From Owenia fusiformis (Eukaryota): a stretch of DNA of 64,000 bases. Under the pieces are notes generated by a model, which did not search any database, was not told where the DNA came from, and saw only the letters and a program-made list of their open reading frames with translations. Made by a program: the position numbers and the translations under genes. The stretch spans positions 39,556,001 to 39,620,000 of the forward strand of contig CAIIXF020000001.1 of the NCBI GenBank assembly GCA_903813345.2. Reading direction: 5' to 3'. How positions within the stretch are numbered: the stretch's first letter is position 1; each line of letters starts with the position of its first letter. Shown here one piece after another: positions 34,428 through 49,200 of this stretch.

Positions 34428-37400
34428 ATGGCGACAGTAAGTATGCTTAATGTGTATTGTCTCTCCTAACAAAGTGTGAATGCAAATATTTGAGGATAGC
34501 GAACATAGATTTTCTAATATGTCGACTTGTTATGTTATTCTTGACAATTTATCACAGTCCACTCTCTGTAAACCTGAACACCATATTTCTGTACTTTAGA
34601 CCCCGAGTGAGCTGAGAGAAAAGTTTCTCGAGAAATTTGCAGGTAAAGTATTCATTTTAACGTACTATTTTCAGCAAAATCAAAACTCAAAGCTAGGATC
34701 AATCCAGCTGGTACACGTTCCAAAATGAAAATGTGATATCTGATCAAAGTGTTCGAAAAAGTAAAAATCAACACTGCGCATGCGTCCCTGTCCCAATAAA
34801 CTATGTAGAACTCTCCTTACTTTTTGGACCATTGATATGCATGTTTAATAAATCGCAGCCCATCGATTTTCAATGAATTTCAGAGAAATACAGCAAAACA
34901 TATCAACTAAATGTTAAAAAAATTTCAACAAAAATATCCCACGAAAATCAAAAATTGTGCTTTCTTACATAGTTGGAGTGCCAAAACGTCATCATATTTA
35001 GTATGTACATTGACCAATTCACCACTACCAAGCTCATCCATCCGCAGAAAATAATCTCAAATATTTTACCGTCCGCTGTTATGATCACATGTTTCCCAGT
35101 TATTCTGGGCATTATATGTTTATTGTATTCAATAGCCTTTTTGATTTTATAGGGTTATTTTGACCCCTGGATTCACATTTTGTAATACTTAATTTAAGAC
35201 TGGAAGTGTTTTTTTCTCATAAGAATACTTATTGGAGAAATGTTAGGTAAAATTTGCGTTATCCACACAACATCTATTCGGTGCAATGGTAAATGCAGCA
35301 ATACTGGCGAAATCAGCCAGCCGTGAATTGCAGAATTCGATTTTCTAAAATATTTTTTTGGGTAACTCGGGGGGGGGGGGGGGGGTAGTGCACAAATAAT
35401 TCGTATACTCTCGTAAGTATGACTATTTGTTTATTTGCAAAATAAAAGACCATTAAATTTTCGTTTTTCACGAAATTTTGATGACCAGACCAATTACACA
35501 GTCTTATGTAAGATAAATGAACATGTCCCTTTGAAAATGGATTTTTGGTCGGACTATAGGTGTCAAAATGTTATTTATACGCAGTGTGGCACATTTGAGG
35601 TATGTACATGTACCTTTAAATTGGGCAAGGCCTGCACTAAATCCTCTTTTAAATTGGCAGTAAAGCGTCCATTAAGGCCCAAAAGTGAAAAAACGAAAAA
35701 TGCTGAAGCAGAAGAATTTAGATCGTCCAGTAGTTATATGTAGCCATGTAAGCTTCATAACTGAAACTGTAAATAATTATTAGCAATACGTTGAATATGC
35801 TGAACATCAAGTTATTATAAGAGTATTGTATATATAGAAGAGGATTCCCAGGAGATGCCATGCTAATATGCAATTATAAGGTCATTGTACTCAGCTCTTA
35901 TTTTAGAGGTGACGTAAAGCATGCTACTGTGATGATTGCTATACTACAAACATTCTTTGTGATATAGTGTCTCAGAGCAGTAACTACAATCTGAAGGACT
36001 TAGAAAGAGTTAAAACAGATGACCAGTGGTTGAAGCAGTTTCTCACCCACCAGGACAACGACCTGGAGAAGTCATGCAGTATGGTAGACAAGGTACTCAA
36101 GTGGAGAAAGAACTACGAGGTGGGAGGTAAGCTCTTTGAAATGAAATGAGGATGGATAAAATTCCCTACCCTGCGTGCAGAGTCTAGTTAAACTACAAGG
36201 CGAAGCTCTCTTTTAAGAAGTGAAGTCAAATGAATGCAAAGAGTAAAAATTCTCCTACATGTTATTAGTATACCTTCAACCATATAGTCCATGGTATGAA
36301 ATCTCTAGGACGTCTAATAAAGGAGCTGGTAGCACACTATAGCGCAGCGATATTTGACCTAATATTAACATACCTACATATGTTCGCTAATAATTTTTAT
36401 TATTACCGTTTCATATACTTCCGGCTTTTAGGCTGAATTATGCCTGCCATTAACAGAGGTCAAAAAATTAGCAAATAATAAAATCCCATTTTTTCACAAT
36501 TTGGAGTACACAACGAAACAGAAAATAATACAAAATGATTTAACATATATGATTTAGTTTTCCAAGCTAGAAGTTTGAGGTTATTTTTCTTATCAATACC
36601 AAAAAAATTATGTAATCAGTGTATCGACCTTTTGTATTGTTTCTCAGGTATTAATAAGATAAATGCAACAAATGAATCACTTTTATATTAGAATGACAAA
36701 TGCTTAAATTATGCTAGTTTTTCACAAAATGTGTCTCAATACGTTTTGAGATATGGACTCTTATTCCGCGGTGAACATGATCAATAAAGGAGTGTCTATT
36801 GCTCTTCCTTGACTAATTGGGACTACAGCTAAAATTCTATTTCTCGTAGTTAGATATAGCTCAGTTGCTTATAAAACAACCATCAAGACTTGATCGAATT
36901 CACGAATGATTGAGAAAATCGTTATCATTATCTTCCTAAAATTTGATTGTATCCAGCGGTAAGGTCAAAAAACAAACAGCCATCAGAAAACTTGATGATA
37001 GCCACAAGTAACGTCGAGGAAGAATTCCAGGGCGTTCGATTGCATATGACTCTAATTGATTATTAGACATGCCCTTTGTATATATGAACATTCCAATACC
37101 TCTGTAACATTTAATTAGATATAAATCTTACCTATTTGTTATTGTATTATGTTTTGTAAAACACGAACAATAATTTGTTGTTAGACCCCTTCCGATTATA
37201 TGGAAAAATTCTGGTAATAAAATGTTTTAAATGGTAAGAAAACTAATATGTTCCCAATCATAAATTACCCAAGGGCGTTACAATACCCGGGAATTTATCG
37301 GTTCGTGCAGTACTTGTTTGTGATAGCGCCCTCTGTAGGTCACTGTTCTTATAGCCTACAGTAATACGGGGTAGAATATCGGGAATTCGGTCAGTTTCTA

Positions 37401-40400
37401 TCCGTCGATTTCGCTATGAATTGAAGCAAGTGTGACCACTTTATCCACTTAAACAATTTGATAATTGATTAAATCTTTAAACAAAATCGATAAACTCGTT
37501 ATACACTTCCTATCTCCTTAGAAATTAGCATGTATTTATGGATTGTGTTTTCGAACAAGGCTCGACCCAGACCAATAGGGAAATCCTTATGCTAATTAGT
37601 ATGACGTCATATTTTCCTGGGGAATCCTGGATTTCAAAGCCTCAGTCTGTTATTGTGTCAAATGTAAACGCTCTTTTGCAGACAGAAAATTGACAGATTA
37701 GCTTTTAACTTTCAGCTTTGATGTTTAAATATTCTGTATTTCTACCGGACTTCTTGCTGAATATCATATAATGTTATAACTTGATTTGGATCATTGCCTG
37801 ATTGCTCATTCTGAAATTTTGATTTGTGATTCATGATTGATTGGCAAGAAAAATAATTCCTATTGTTTTCCAGCGAAGTCAAAATGTTACAGCATGAGTT
37901 ATAATGTCGAGTTTGCATCATAAAACTATTTAAGGCACAAACTGGTATTAATAGACCGATATGTAGTGTCTGCCATGTATTGAAGGTAAACCAATCTGCA
38001 TTATTAATGTTTCTTCTATCAATACATGGATTGTGCAATGGAAAAGCAATGGCACAATCAAAAATGTGCATATCAATCGTGAATATCTCTCGGTTCAAAG
38101 CGTATTTCCAACAGAATCGTGTCAAAATATGTGTCTGAGTAACAGTTATACATTATAAGATCGCAAACTCTTACCAATTATCAGCCGAATGGCTCATTTT
38201 CAACGAAATGTCCTTAAGACAACAGCCCTGGGTCGCGCCTGAGACCAAAAACTATTTCAAATAGCCCTCCCCTAATTATATTGGATAATCACATTTATGC
38301 GTGCGCGCGCAGCTCATCCACTGAAGGAAACGCCACTTCCCGCTGAAATCACCGGGTATTGATCTTTCCCTTGAATTACCTAAATATTCCACATAATTTT
38401 GTTGAATCGGCTTGGCTCATATTTGAAAAATCAAACAAAATCTGAAAAACACACTTACATAATTAAATTAATTAAACACCGACATCTACGGTTAAATTAA
38501 ATAGAATATCTTTAGATTATGATAATTTATTTTTGTTTGTATGCTTAGAACAACGGTCTGTGTCTTATAAAATGTATAAAAGTTCGAATCAAAATATTTA
38601 CGTTTTTTGACCCCTTGTGATGAAAGACATTTTTCGACCCAAAAGCCGGAAGTTTTTTCAGCAAATAGTATTTTGAAAGAATCAAGACATGTACACCTTC
38701 ATAAATATTGCTTCAAATGTTGCTGCGCTAGAGTGTGCTACGGATCATTCATATTCGGAAGTCATACCATGGACTAATATCCATACTCTTAGGATTAAAT
38801 CTTCAATTTCACATTTTCATAACGAATACATAGTATACTTCTGATTGGCTTCGGGAAGATAATCCCAAATGACACACCACATAGTAGCCACATGTGCATC
38901 CAAGGTGTATTACAATGGTATTACATCTAGCTTTAAGAGGAAGATGAAAATTGTATTTAATTCTGTTTTCATCCAGAGTTGAAAAAGGACGATTTCCCAG
39001 ATGATCTTCACAAAAGAGCTGACGAAGGTCTGTACGTCAAGAACGAAGATAAGAGTGGAAATATGATTTGTGAGTAGCTTCATCAGAGTTTACGTGCTAA
39101 AAATCGAAATTTTGTTGAGCAAATCCTCACTGACATCATAAGGCACAGCTTCAAATTGACTATGGGAAAGGTGTTAATTTGAAAATCGAAAGTATACACA
39201 TGGCTACAGCAAAATTCATTTTAGTAATTAACGAATGCATCGATTCCTAGTTTGACATCAGATATTTGCTGATGCGGGCTTTTTAGGAAAAATGGTGAAT
39301 GTGAAAAAATATGAACATTTTGGCAATTCTTCGTCAACATTTACAAACCAATACATACATTTATGCAAAATCAGCAAATTTTGTTACACTATTTTAAAAG
39401 GACGATACATACGTTTTACATCAAACACGATGTACAAAAAAGTTTAGTAACATGCACTGGCGAATCCATGGGGGAGGGGGGTGGAGGGGCGACATGGTAC
39501 TCCCCCTTAGGTGGGCCCAGAAAAACATATCTTGGCCTTTTTCAGATTCTCAAAATTTTGGCCCAATATTTGGTTTAGAGGCCCATTTTATATATCTTAA
39601 CTTATGACATTGTGGACAGAATTCTTAGAATAGACTAGAATATTTTTTTTATATTTAATACGGAATCGTGTATTAAAGTCAATATATTTACTTCCAGTCT
39701 ATTTCAAAGTGAATACGCATAAGAAGGAACCAGCGAGGCTAGAACTTGTTAAGAAGTTCATAGCGTTTCAACTTGACGAAACGGCAAAAGCGAATCCAGA
39801 TGAAAAGTTTGTTCTTGTCTTTGACCTGTATAAATCTACACCTGCTCATATTGTGAGTACATGGCAACGCATTTCGCATACATCCACCTTCTAAATTAAT
39901 AGTGTCCATACTCAGGGCATCATTCTCATAAGCGTGATAACTTTTTATTGTCAAGCTGTATTGTTTTTAGAATATATGTACGTGTATTATATGCGTTAGT
40001 AGGGTTACCCCTACTTACAGGCATCTCTGTCCCACTTTATTAATTAACTAATTTTTAACGTTAGAACAGAGACATATAATTTATTTGACCTTAGTGATCT
40101 TCAGGCGTACAAATCATTAAAAATAAATTCATTATAGAATACTTGTTAAAATATTTTCTAGGACAACGACTTGACAAAGTTTGTGCTTTCTACAGTTGCC
40201 CAGTATATGCCTAATTTTATTGGTAAGTTGATACCTGCATTGCCATACTAATTAGGTTTTTATTACCTCCGTCCATACGTTAGAACTATAAAAAAATTAT
40301 AACATGAGCATTTTTGCGTCAGTTATGAACTATCAACTATAAGTAGAGATCCCGAAGTAAGCGTATTTACATTATCCCTCTGATCAAACAGAAAGCAAAA

Positions 40401-41583
40401 TATACGTGAATGCATTGTAGGCTTAAAACTAGAGCAATAACTGTTACCTTCAAGTCTATGAAAAGGCAGGGTAATCTTTTGTCAATATAACATTCAGCTA
40501 AGTTATTTATAATAAGTTTATTCTTGAATTTTATGTGACAGAAAGCTTAAACGGAAGTGGAATATAATGTGAAAATGAATTACCCAGCCTAATGCTCTTG
40601 CCTGTAAAGCACACCCACCAAGTTGCCCACGGTTACACCAAAATACCATTACGAATAACATTGTAATAATCTTCAAATCTTCGCTTCATAAACCATCAAA
40701 ATTTCAAAAAAATTTGCTCATCGGTTTAATTTGAATTTTTATAGATGCAAGAGAAAACTAAGATCTGAATAGGTTTTGGGCATGCTGGGTAAATTACATG
40801 GTTGTTTCCTTACAATATTTATGTATTGTGTGACATTCTTTCTAAAATATTCATGTACATCTGATTTTACAGCATACGTAGTTCTATACGATATGGCAGC
40901 AATTTTAGTCCGTAAGTAATATTTTCAATAGCATTTTAGCTACAAGCTGAAATTCTGTGTATCTAGAATTTAGAACGTCGTAATAAAGATGTCACAACGA
41001 ATGATTCTTTAGATAACAACAATGATTTCGAAGTACAAATACTGACTTGATGGATGATATATTTACGATCAAATAACCAATGTTGTTCTTTTATCATCCA
41101 AAATACTCATATAATACATCGAAGAGAATAAGTGATGGTATGGTATCCTTAAAAAGAATATGATAAAAAGCTGAAGCTCCTAACTGTTCATCCTCCCTTC
41201 CAAAGGGTTGGAAACAAAAATGCCCCCTATTTACATACGATGTTTGGCAATTCTATCATCCACCAAATGTAACGTCATTTTTGATCTATATTGTTATTAA
41301 AGAATAAAATTAGGATTCAAACATGAAAGGCTTTAATTTTTTATTATGTTCACTACTTGTAATTGAACGAGTAAATTATAAAACGATTTGATAATAATTA
41401 CGTGTTTGTATTTTGAATTTGTTTTCAGGAATAAATTATACAGATTTGCTCTTACTTTCAGCGATATGGAAGATTATCCAAGCGTGGATGAGTAATGACA
41501 TCTCGAAACACATCAAAGTGGTGAAAAAGAAAGAAATTAAAAATTACATCGACGAGGACAACCTTTGGGACCACATGAAATAG
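34428..41583 (+). CDS. CRAL-TRIO (Sec14-like) lipid-binding protein, MOSPD2-like N-terminal part only (226 aa). Exons: 34428-34436, 34600-34642, 35968-36126, 38977-39069, 39698-39852, 40162-40222, 40873-40911, 41462-41583
   Basis: Phases match and the CDS is 681 nt. Motifs: DLERVKTDDQWLKQFL..LKWRK, DKSGNMIFYF, FVLVFDL, QYMPNFIAYVVLYDM, IWKIIQAWM, YIDEDNL. AATAAA at ~41691. Confidence 0.88.
36285..38776. mobile_element. 2.5-kb non-autonomous TIR element in CRAL-TRIO intron 3, containing a nested ~1-kb element (~37267-38233)
   Basis: 15-bp TIR tagtccatggtatga/tcataccatggacta plus subterminal gtagcacactatagcgcagc/gctgcgctagagtgtgctac. A second family member starts at 63787. Confidence 0.8.
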
Positions 41584-43796
41584 TGCTAAATGAGATATTT
41601 CATAAAATATTTTCCCCAGACGCATATTATATAACTATTGATTTAGAGGCAGAAGTATATTGTCTGTGCGGTCATGATAACACCCATAAAAATAAACTTA
41701 TTCTTTGATATTTGATCGCTGCAAAATGCCATCGAATGAAGTTCGAAAAATTGGATAATTGTGCTTGATAAATGCGAAATATTTTGTAGATTTAAAGTTT
41801 TTATACAATTGAAAAAAGGATCCAGACGGGATCCGAAACGTCCTGTTTAGTAAAATAAAGGTTGTGAAAAGAAGAAAAAATATTTTTGTGATTTTGTAAA
41901 AGGTTTTCTCTTAAGCTATATTGAAGATCAATGTACTAAAAGTACTGATCTTTATTCATTATAAGTGGGGTATTCTCTTATTTGATATTTAGTAACATGG
42001 TCAAAGTAAAGAAAACAAACAGCACTTAGATAGAGGTAATAGAGTGTTCATATCTGCATGAGTTGTAACATCAATAAAATATGTATAAATTGTAAATTAT
42101 TTGTTACTAAAAATCTGATTTAATTAATTAAAAACCGAATGTTGATTACTTCTACTCTAATAGCTCTATTTGACCAGAAATGCATAATTCATGACATTTT
42201 TAGATGCAGATACATACATTGTGGAAAAGCAAAATTACGATAAAACAAACACCAAAATATAAGTGTTTAATATACGAAAAATGTCTCTAAATGTCTAAAT
42301 ATTTGGATAATTTCATTTTGAAACCAGAAAATTCGTTTCAAATTCATTCAACTTTTATCCATGTGTTTTATTTATGTCAACGCATTTTGTATCTTCAAAA
42401 TTGACTGTAGTTTAAAAATAGCGACCCATTTTTGGAAAATTCTTAGTATTTGCATTTTGTTGGTATCACATCACATATTGGGCCCAGACTGATATCATAA
42501 TTATTTATAAACAATTATGCAAGTGCATGATATATACCAAGTTCTTGAACACAACATCCAGGGTTTATATCTGGAGAAGGCGATGTTTTATCGTCTTTTA
42601 GACTGAGATCCGGAAAATGCAGAGTGTCCTCTCGAAGTTTATTTTTAGATCTTTATTATTTGTAAAAGGGTTTACTGCTTGCATGATTAATTAAGCTGTT
42701 AAATTTTGTAACATGAAGGAATGCAAAATAAGATAAAATACACAAAGGTTCATAAAAATATTCATGTTTATTAAAAAAATTACAAATACTACAATATGAT
42801 ATTGAACGTTGACGACATATCTTGAACAAAGTATATATACAAAACTCTTGACTAAGAGAACATGATTGTAACATTTCGTGAATAGCTGTAATCATTTATC
42901 AATTAATACATTTCAGGGAAACAGCGCCTTTATTCAACCAACCATTTAAAATGTATATCACAAAATTGTAGACATAGGAGACCTTCATTCCCCGAGAATT
43001 GGTGCAATCACTACCATATATGTTGAGGACAAGACAGTTAAGTCGATATCCAATTTGAATGGATACTTTATTATAGTCGGACTCCGCAAAGCCATAAATC
43101 AAAACCTTTCAATTATATTAAATATATGGTAGATTTCCCAAACGTAATTCCAATCATCCCTTAGACCGAAAACCGTTTAAATTGGAGCAATAATCATCCA
43201 CAATTATGGATTAAGGCTGAATAGTTTATACTTTATAGATATCTAAGCAGGCCAAAGTCATCCTTAATCTTGCTTCAGTGTTACCTCTGTCAATTCCAGT
43301 AAGGGAAATAGACTGTTGCGAATCTCCTTTGAATCTTGTTTGAATGATGGGAAATAAAAGAAAAGAATTAATGCATACAGTAAAAATTTAACCAGACGCA
43401 GTTTTTCAAACGGTCCCTCCATTAATAGACACGTCATTGGTATGCTTAAACTAGGAAGGGCGGACGTGCATGAAGGCACCGCCTAAATTATATGATATCA
43501 CAATTATAAAAGTTGTCCCCGCATTGAGGTAATATACCAAAGAGGTACATATATACAATAATGACATATAGTACAGGGTTTGCAACTTAGATAGATAATT
43601 GCTCACGGAAAAACAATTATAGTCCGACAGAGAATTGTCAAATGAAAGACGACATCTATTTGTCTCAATATGGCTAGAATAATTTCTTGCCATGTTCTAT
43701 AATTCTCCAGACAAAAATACGTATATCATGGTGAAAATAAGACTAAGTAGGCCCATATTGAATAGTGAAATCTGTGGAATTAACGGCAGTGGCTTA

Positions 43797-43934
43797 TGCC
43801 GTGGTCACATTTGCTCAGATTTTTACAAAGGCGCCCGGCCGATTGAGTATTTTGTTCAAAATTTTATTCAATTTTGAACAAAATACATCGGCCGGGCGCC
43901 GGTGTTGAAAATCGGAGCAAATGTGACCACGGCA
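43797..43934. mobile_element. 138-bp MITE, TTA TSD (PIF/Harbinger/Tourist-like)
   Basis: tta|tgccgtggtcacatttgctc..gagcaaatgtgaccacggca|tta. A related fragment lies near 50010-50040. Confidence 0.85.
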
Positions 43935-44446
43935 TTAATAAAATTCTTGATACTTATAATTCTTGTTTCTAGACTTTCTATGCAGTATATGCAGTGACTG
44001 CATCACGTCAACATAGCCAACACAATAATATGCTGACATTCTAGAACCAGCTAGAACTAATAGTCTATAATATATGCTTGTGTACATGTGTATCATCAAC
44101 TTGCGCCTATCCAACTCTCCTAAAAGGTATAATTTATCTGACAGTACAATAAGCAGATAAGTATCACATACCGCAGGCGGCTTAGTTCAAAATATTTCTT
44201 CATGTGTTTTCTTGTTGAGACTGTGAAATTAAAGCCCAATTGTAGTATTATATTCCTAAAGATTTAGTTTGTCTCGCCTGCTTTTAAATCTTGGCGACGC
44301 ACTTGTCGTAGGTTTATACTGCCAAGACGGCAGGCAGAACCCAAGATCTACGAATTACAGTGTGTACTACCTTTGTTTTTTGCACTATCGAGACGGCAGA
44401 CATATAACCCACCCGCCGTACATTACTGTGCATCACATATGGGCTT

Positions 44447-46264
44447 TCATACTGTGGAGACGTCTTGCCGATCTTTGGTTTGTTTGTCATCCTTATGTTT
44501 TACTTGAGAAGTGTTTTCTTGGTCCTCATCCTTTTCCAGCATCATAGGCATTGTTTGTACTCTGTGCATCGGTATTGCACTACCTTTTGTGTCGTCTTTA
44601 CGCATCGCGTCATCCTTCATAGTGCCTTGTTTTTTTGAGCTATCAATCTTTAATTGTCCGGGATAATGGTCCAACTCTGGCATAGTGCTCATACGGGCAA
44701 TGTGTTTCTCCCTTGCAAGTAGAGTCTTTGAATATTGTCTAGTGTAGCTTTTGTATATAACGCTATCTGTAGCACGCTTAACCACTTTTATGGTGTCTAA
44801 ATTTTTGGGGCTGTGTTTATACCTGGGATTAGGTGGTTGTAAAACACGAATACCCTTCCATTTATGATAAAAGAGCGCTAATGCGCATGCCCAGGCTACT
44901 AAAATAAGTACTATGACGATGATCTCTCCTGTTCTCATAGATGCCTCATTTTCAGCGATATCATCTTCTGAAATAAAACATACTCATTAAAAATGCTATC
45001 ATACAAGTAGTTTCGAAAACAATATTGAATTTAAATTATATAAATTCTATAAGATTCAGAAGAAGTAGTGAAATAAAACCAAAATTCATGATTCAAATGG
45101 TGAAGTGAACAAAATGGCGGCTGTTTGAATTCGAATTTTGTATCACGGCATGCCCATATAAGGGATAGAATATCGATGTTGCACTCTGGGAGCCAATGCT
45201 CCTTGTTATTTCCAATTACAGATTAATGACAAGCCAAATTACGGTTTAAAAGTAAAATTAAATGAGAAACCAATAAAACTAATGTTAAGGCAACTCACTG
45301 GCATAACAATCTATAAAATATATATCACGCTATATTCAACAATAAATGAATACCAACATATGTAAAGAATACCAACATATTTAATACATGTACTTTATAG
45401 AACTGAAGGAGCAAGTAATAAATTTTGAAGTTATTATCGATTCTCTTGGTTTTGTGAAAATAACCAATAGCAGGATGAGATGGGTCTCAAACGATTCCAT
45501 TGTTTCTCCCAATATTTCTAATTTGAATCCCAATGTTCCTGATTAGTGTCCCCTATGTTTCTGACTTGTGCCCAATCAATATGTTCCTTTTTGCACCCCC
45601 GTGTTCAATTAACAGTCACATCGTCAATTCCTGATTTGTGCCCCTATGTTAGTTTGAGATAATAAGGATGAGGAGGATGAGACAGGTTTTTGACCACCCA
45701 ATGTTTCTGATTTTGGCCCCTCATGTTCTAAATTACGTGTACAGGGTGTCAAAAAACAACGGCACCCCCCTCTACAGCAAAAAGTCCTTAAATGTTACAT
45801 ATCATATTGTGTGATCATTATGTTCCTCCTATTTATGCCCCTTGTGTCCTATATGTTCTTTAGTCGAGTCCTTGTTTTTTTAAATTTGAGTCCTCCTTAT
45901 TCATAACCTAACCCTCGTTCCCTATTTGTGATCCCTGTGTTTCTGATTTGAATGTCATACATACCCATGATCGTAGAGAACGTAACTGGATTCGTTGAAT
46001 TACCCGCTCTATGGGTCCCCATGGCCGCTAGTTGAATGGAATATGTTGTATTTGGTATAAGGTCAGAAAACTGGTATAAGCGCATGCTCTTTGGTACATC
46101 AGTTATGAACTTATTGCGGAGATCATTCTCTGGTGATGATATTAATTCTAATGTCATTTCAAAGTGGGAAATGTTGCGAGAACTCTGGTAACTCCATCTA
46201 GCGGTTGCAACGCGTGCATAGACATCAGTTATTGTAAGGTTAGTTGGGACGGCCAGTTGGGAGA
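44447..46264 (-). CDS. FNDC4/FNDC5 (irisin precursor)-like single-pass FN3 protein, 5'-partial. Exons: 45965-46264 (FN3) and 44447-44967 (TM + tail)
   Basis: A 300-nt phase 1-1 exon encodes PTNLTITDV..ATARW..FSDLIPNTTYSIQLAA..VTFST (FN3). The next exon has MRTGEIIVIVLILVAWACALALF, resembling the FNDC5 TM entry RTGEVLIIVVVLFMWAGVIALF (recalled). The signal-peptide exon was not located. Confidence 0.8.
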
Positions 46265-49200
46265 CTGAAAGTACATGATATACAATTAATGTTATGAATG
46301 CAGGATATGACGAATTGAGTTATACAATTACTCTCGCTAACTATGCCGTCAAAACGTGCACATCCACAGTAACGTTTTGTTACATTATTATAATCATCAT
46401 TGAACTTAGCATTAATAGTGTATATAAAAAGGTCGGTACACTCCCTTTCTATATAGGCTATTAACGACCCATCTATCAGATATGAGATTTTTTTATTGCC
46501 AAAATGTTTGGTACCGCAGGTTTAATTTGGGGGATGAATTAGTTTTTACTTAAACCAAAACTTAATTTGGAGGACAAGTTAGTTTTTCCTGATATCAAAA
46601 CAAATGAATTTGGGCTTTGATATTATGAAGGGGAGTGTATATATTGTAACTGTAACCTGTACAGCATTGGGTGAATTATACATTATGCATCTGACATCAT
46701 ATAGATAAACTATCTGAATAAGAAAAACTATGAATACAATATTTATAATCCATTTGTTTCAACAGTCTGTGGCATCTGAGCATTCAACAGGGGAATACAT
46801 ATGTATGGGTATCATAGGCCAAGGGACAGGGAAAGTACTTAGCTTAATACTACTTTTCCGTTGGCCTATAATGGGTATAGACGTCTATCCTACGCAGGCT
46901 GCATTACAAAACATGTCAAACCTTCCTCACTTCCGGCATACGCATATAAAATCAACCTTATTACTAAAATGATGGTTTATATACACCTGTCTTTATATTA
47001 CAATTGCAAATTAGATTTTTATTAACGGTGAATATTGTGATACACATTCAAGAATGATTGAAAGGCTCCATGAAAGATTCTATATTATTTCTCTCATTAT
47101 TATGCTCTATAGCTAGACTTTCGAGAGCAAGGTTGTCAAGCAAGTTTTTCCAGGAAAACGCATTGAATATAGCAGCTGTACAAGACAAGACAAATAAAAT
47201 ACAATTCATTTCTGCATAGAATAGCTTTAGGAAACTAACAATAACTGACACTTTTTGCTGATAAGATCGTAGAGATTATGTTTCGCCACAATTCTCAAGA
47301 AATATTATCAGGAGAACTAGAAATGTTAAATTAACTAGGAATGTTAACTGATATAATTATAGATAACTATATTCCTCCAAAATATGACAAGGTACGATAA
47401 ATTCCAATTAGTTTTTATAGCCTTAGAAACAGATATAAAACACAGACAGACTGAACAGAGATGATATATGAGAGATAGTAATATGTCTCTGGGCTAAATT
47501 ACTAATCAAATGGAACTTATACATATTTTTTATTTCAGGTTACAATATATATATAATTTTATACATTTCAAGTTAAAGTTTTATGGAATTCAAGTAATAA
47601 TTTCAAATATTTAACATGATTTTATTGACTCCATTCACATCAATTAATTTCATTCATGCATACATTCATGACCACTCAACCATTCATTGACTACGAGACA
47701 ACTCTCATTGGGGTCTTACTGGACCATCTAAAAAAAAAAATGTATTATGATGTAAGCTTATTTGTTTATTCATAAACGCCTATGTAAAGCACTTACATCG
47801 ACACCCTTTTGATCTCGCAATGTACAATATGCAGTTAGTAATTACTCAATCCGAGATTATTTAGCTATTCTCTATATTGTCTAATTCATTCTATAAATAT
47901 AGACGTATATGACAGAATTGGAAGGCGAATGGCGTCATACATAGACAAGTGAACAGAACAAGGCATAAAGACATAAAAGGTAATTCAAATGGCAAACACT
48001 ATCACAATCTATCGATCATCTATGATTGGACGTGATTTGTCTTTTCAGTCTGTTGATGGTAATTTCTAAAGATTAGTAATTGACTCAGTCTGTATGAAGA
48101 TGACGGGTAGTATCGTGTTCTAAAATATCAAAGGTATCAGAACGTGGTGGTTCTGCTTAATCAGGGGCTTCTCATGATCCATATTTGAAAAACGTAAACA
48201 CTACAAATATGTACAGGCTATCTCTAAGGTCAAATGGTCAAATCGTTCTCCAAATACAATCTATTGTTTTATGTGAAAAACCAGATGCATTTGTATAGGG
48301 CGATTTATACCTACAGGTTTCCGTTTCGATTTTATAAGGATCGCTTAAAGTCTCCATTGTTTTGAATAAGCATCTTAGGAAAATAAAGGGAGGACCTATC
48401 CCTTTCTATTTGAAAAAGCCTAATTAGTGTCTATACTTGAGGCAAGGTACAGTTCAGTACTGGCGGTAGGCTCAATATTTTGTGTGTCACATGACCCAGT
48501 TCAATTAAAAAAGTGGGTCAAACTTGGAAAATGTGAGTCAAATTGAATTATTATAATAGCTCATTTTGGATCAATCTAGGGTACAAAAATAAATGTGCTG
48601 CAATGAGACTTCATGTCTTATCAAATTGGAACTGTGACTTTTGCCATGATTTAAGTATCGCAATAATGAAACATAAACCAAATCAATGGAAAATGACCAA
48701 TTAAAAACCAAAGTGTAAACCGGAAATCATTAGTGTTGCGCTCTTTCAGTCTTTAAACTGTATTAAGTGGGCAAAGTGCGATTATAGCATCGTTCTGAAG
48801 AACATTTTGAATGAGTTGATGCTTCAATGAATATTTTTACACATTTCGAGAATTGCAAAAAACGTACACGACAAATTCAGTTTCGTTGTTTCTGTTTGGA
48901 TTAAACTCGATCAGCAAAAGTTTTCAAACCAATGAAAGAGTGTGAGATATAATTTGATTGGTAAGGTATAGGTCAAAACTTAGTTTTGATGTGTGGAGCT
49001 AATTGCCTGAAATTAGCCTTAGTCTATTTGGGGATAAATGTGAGTCAGTGAAACGCAACAAGTTGAAAATTCTGCGTCAGACTTGATCAAACATGCGTAA
49101 AAACGGCAAAAAACGGCGTTAACGCCAGCTCTGGTAGTAGAATCTCAAAATGTGATACAGCGTTGGAAAGGCGAACAAGTTTATACGCGTGTTATATACA

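Noticed and set aside
36285..38776. Possible autonomous transposase in the larger TIR elements (also 8316-10571)
   Set aside because: No long ORF or DDE-like motif is visible.
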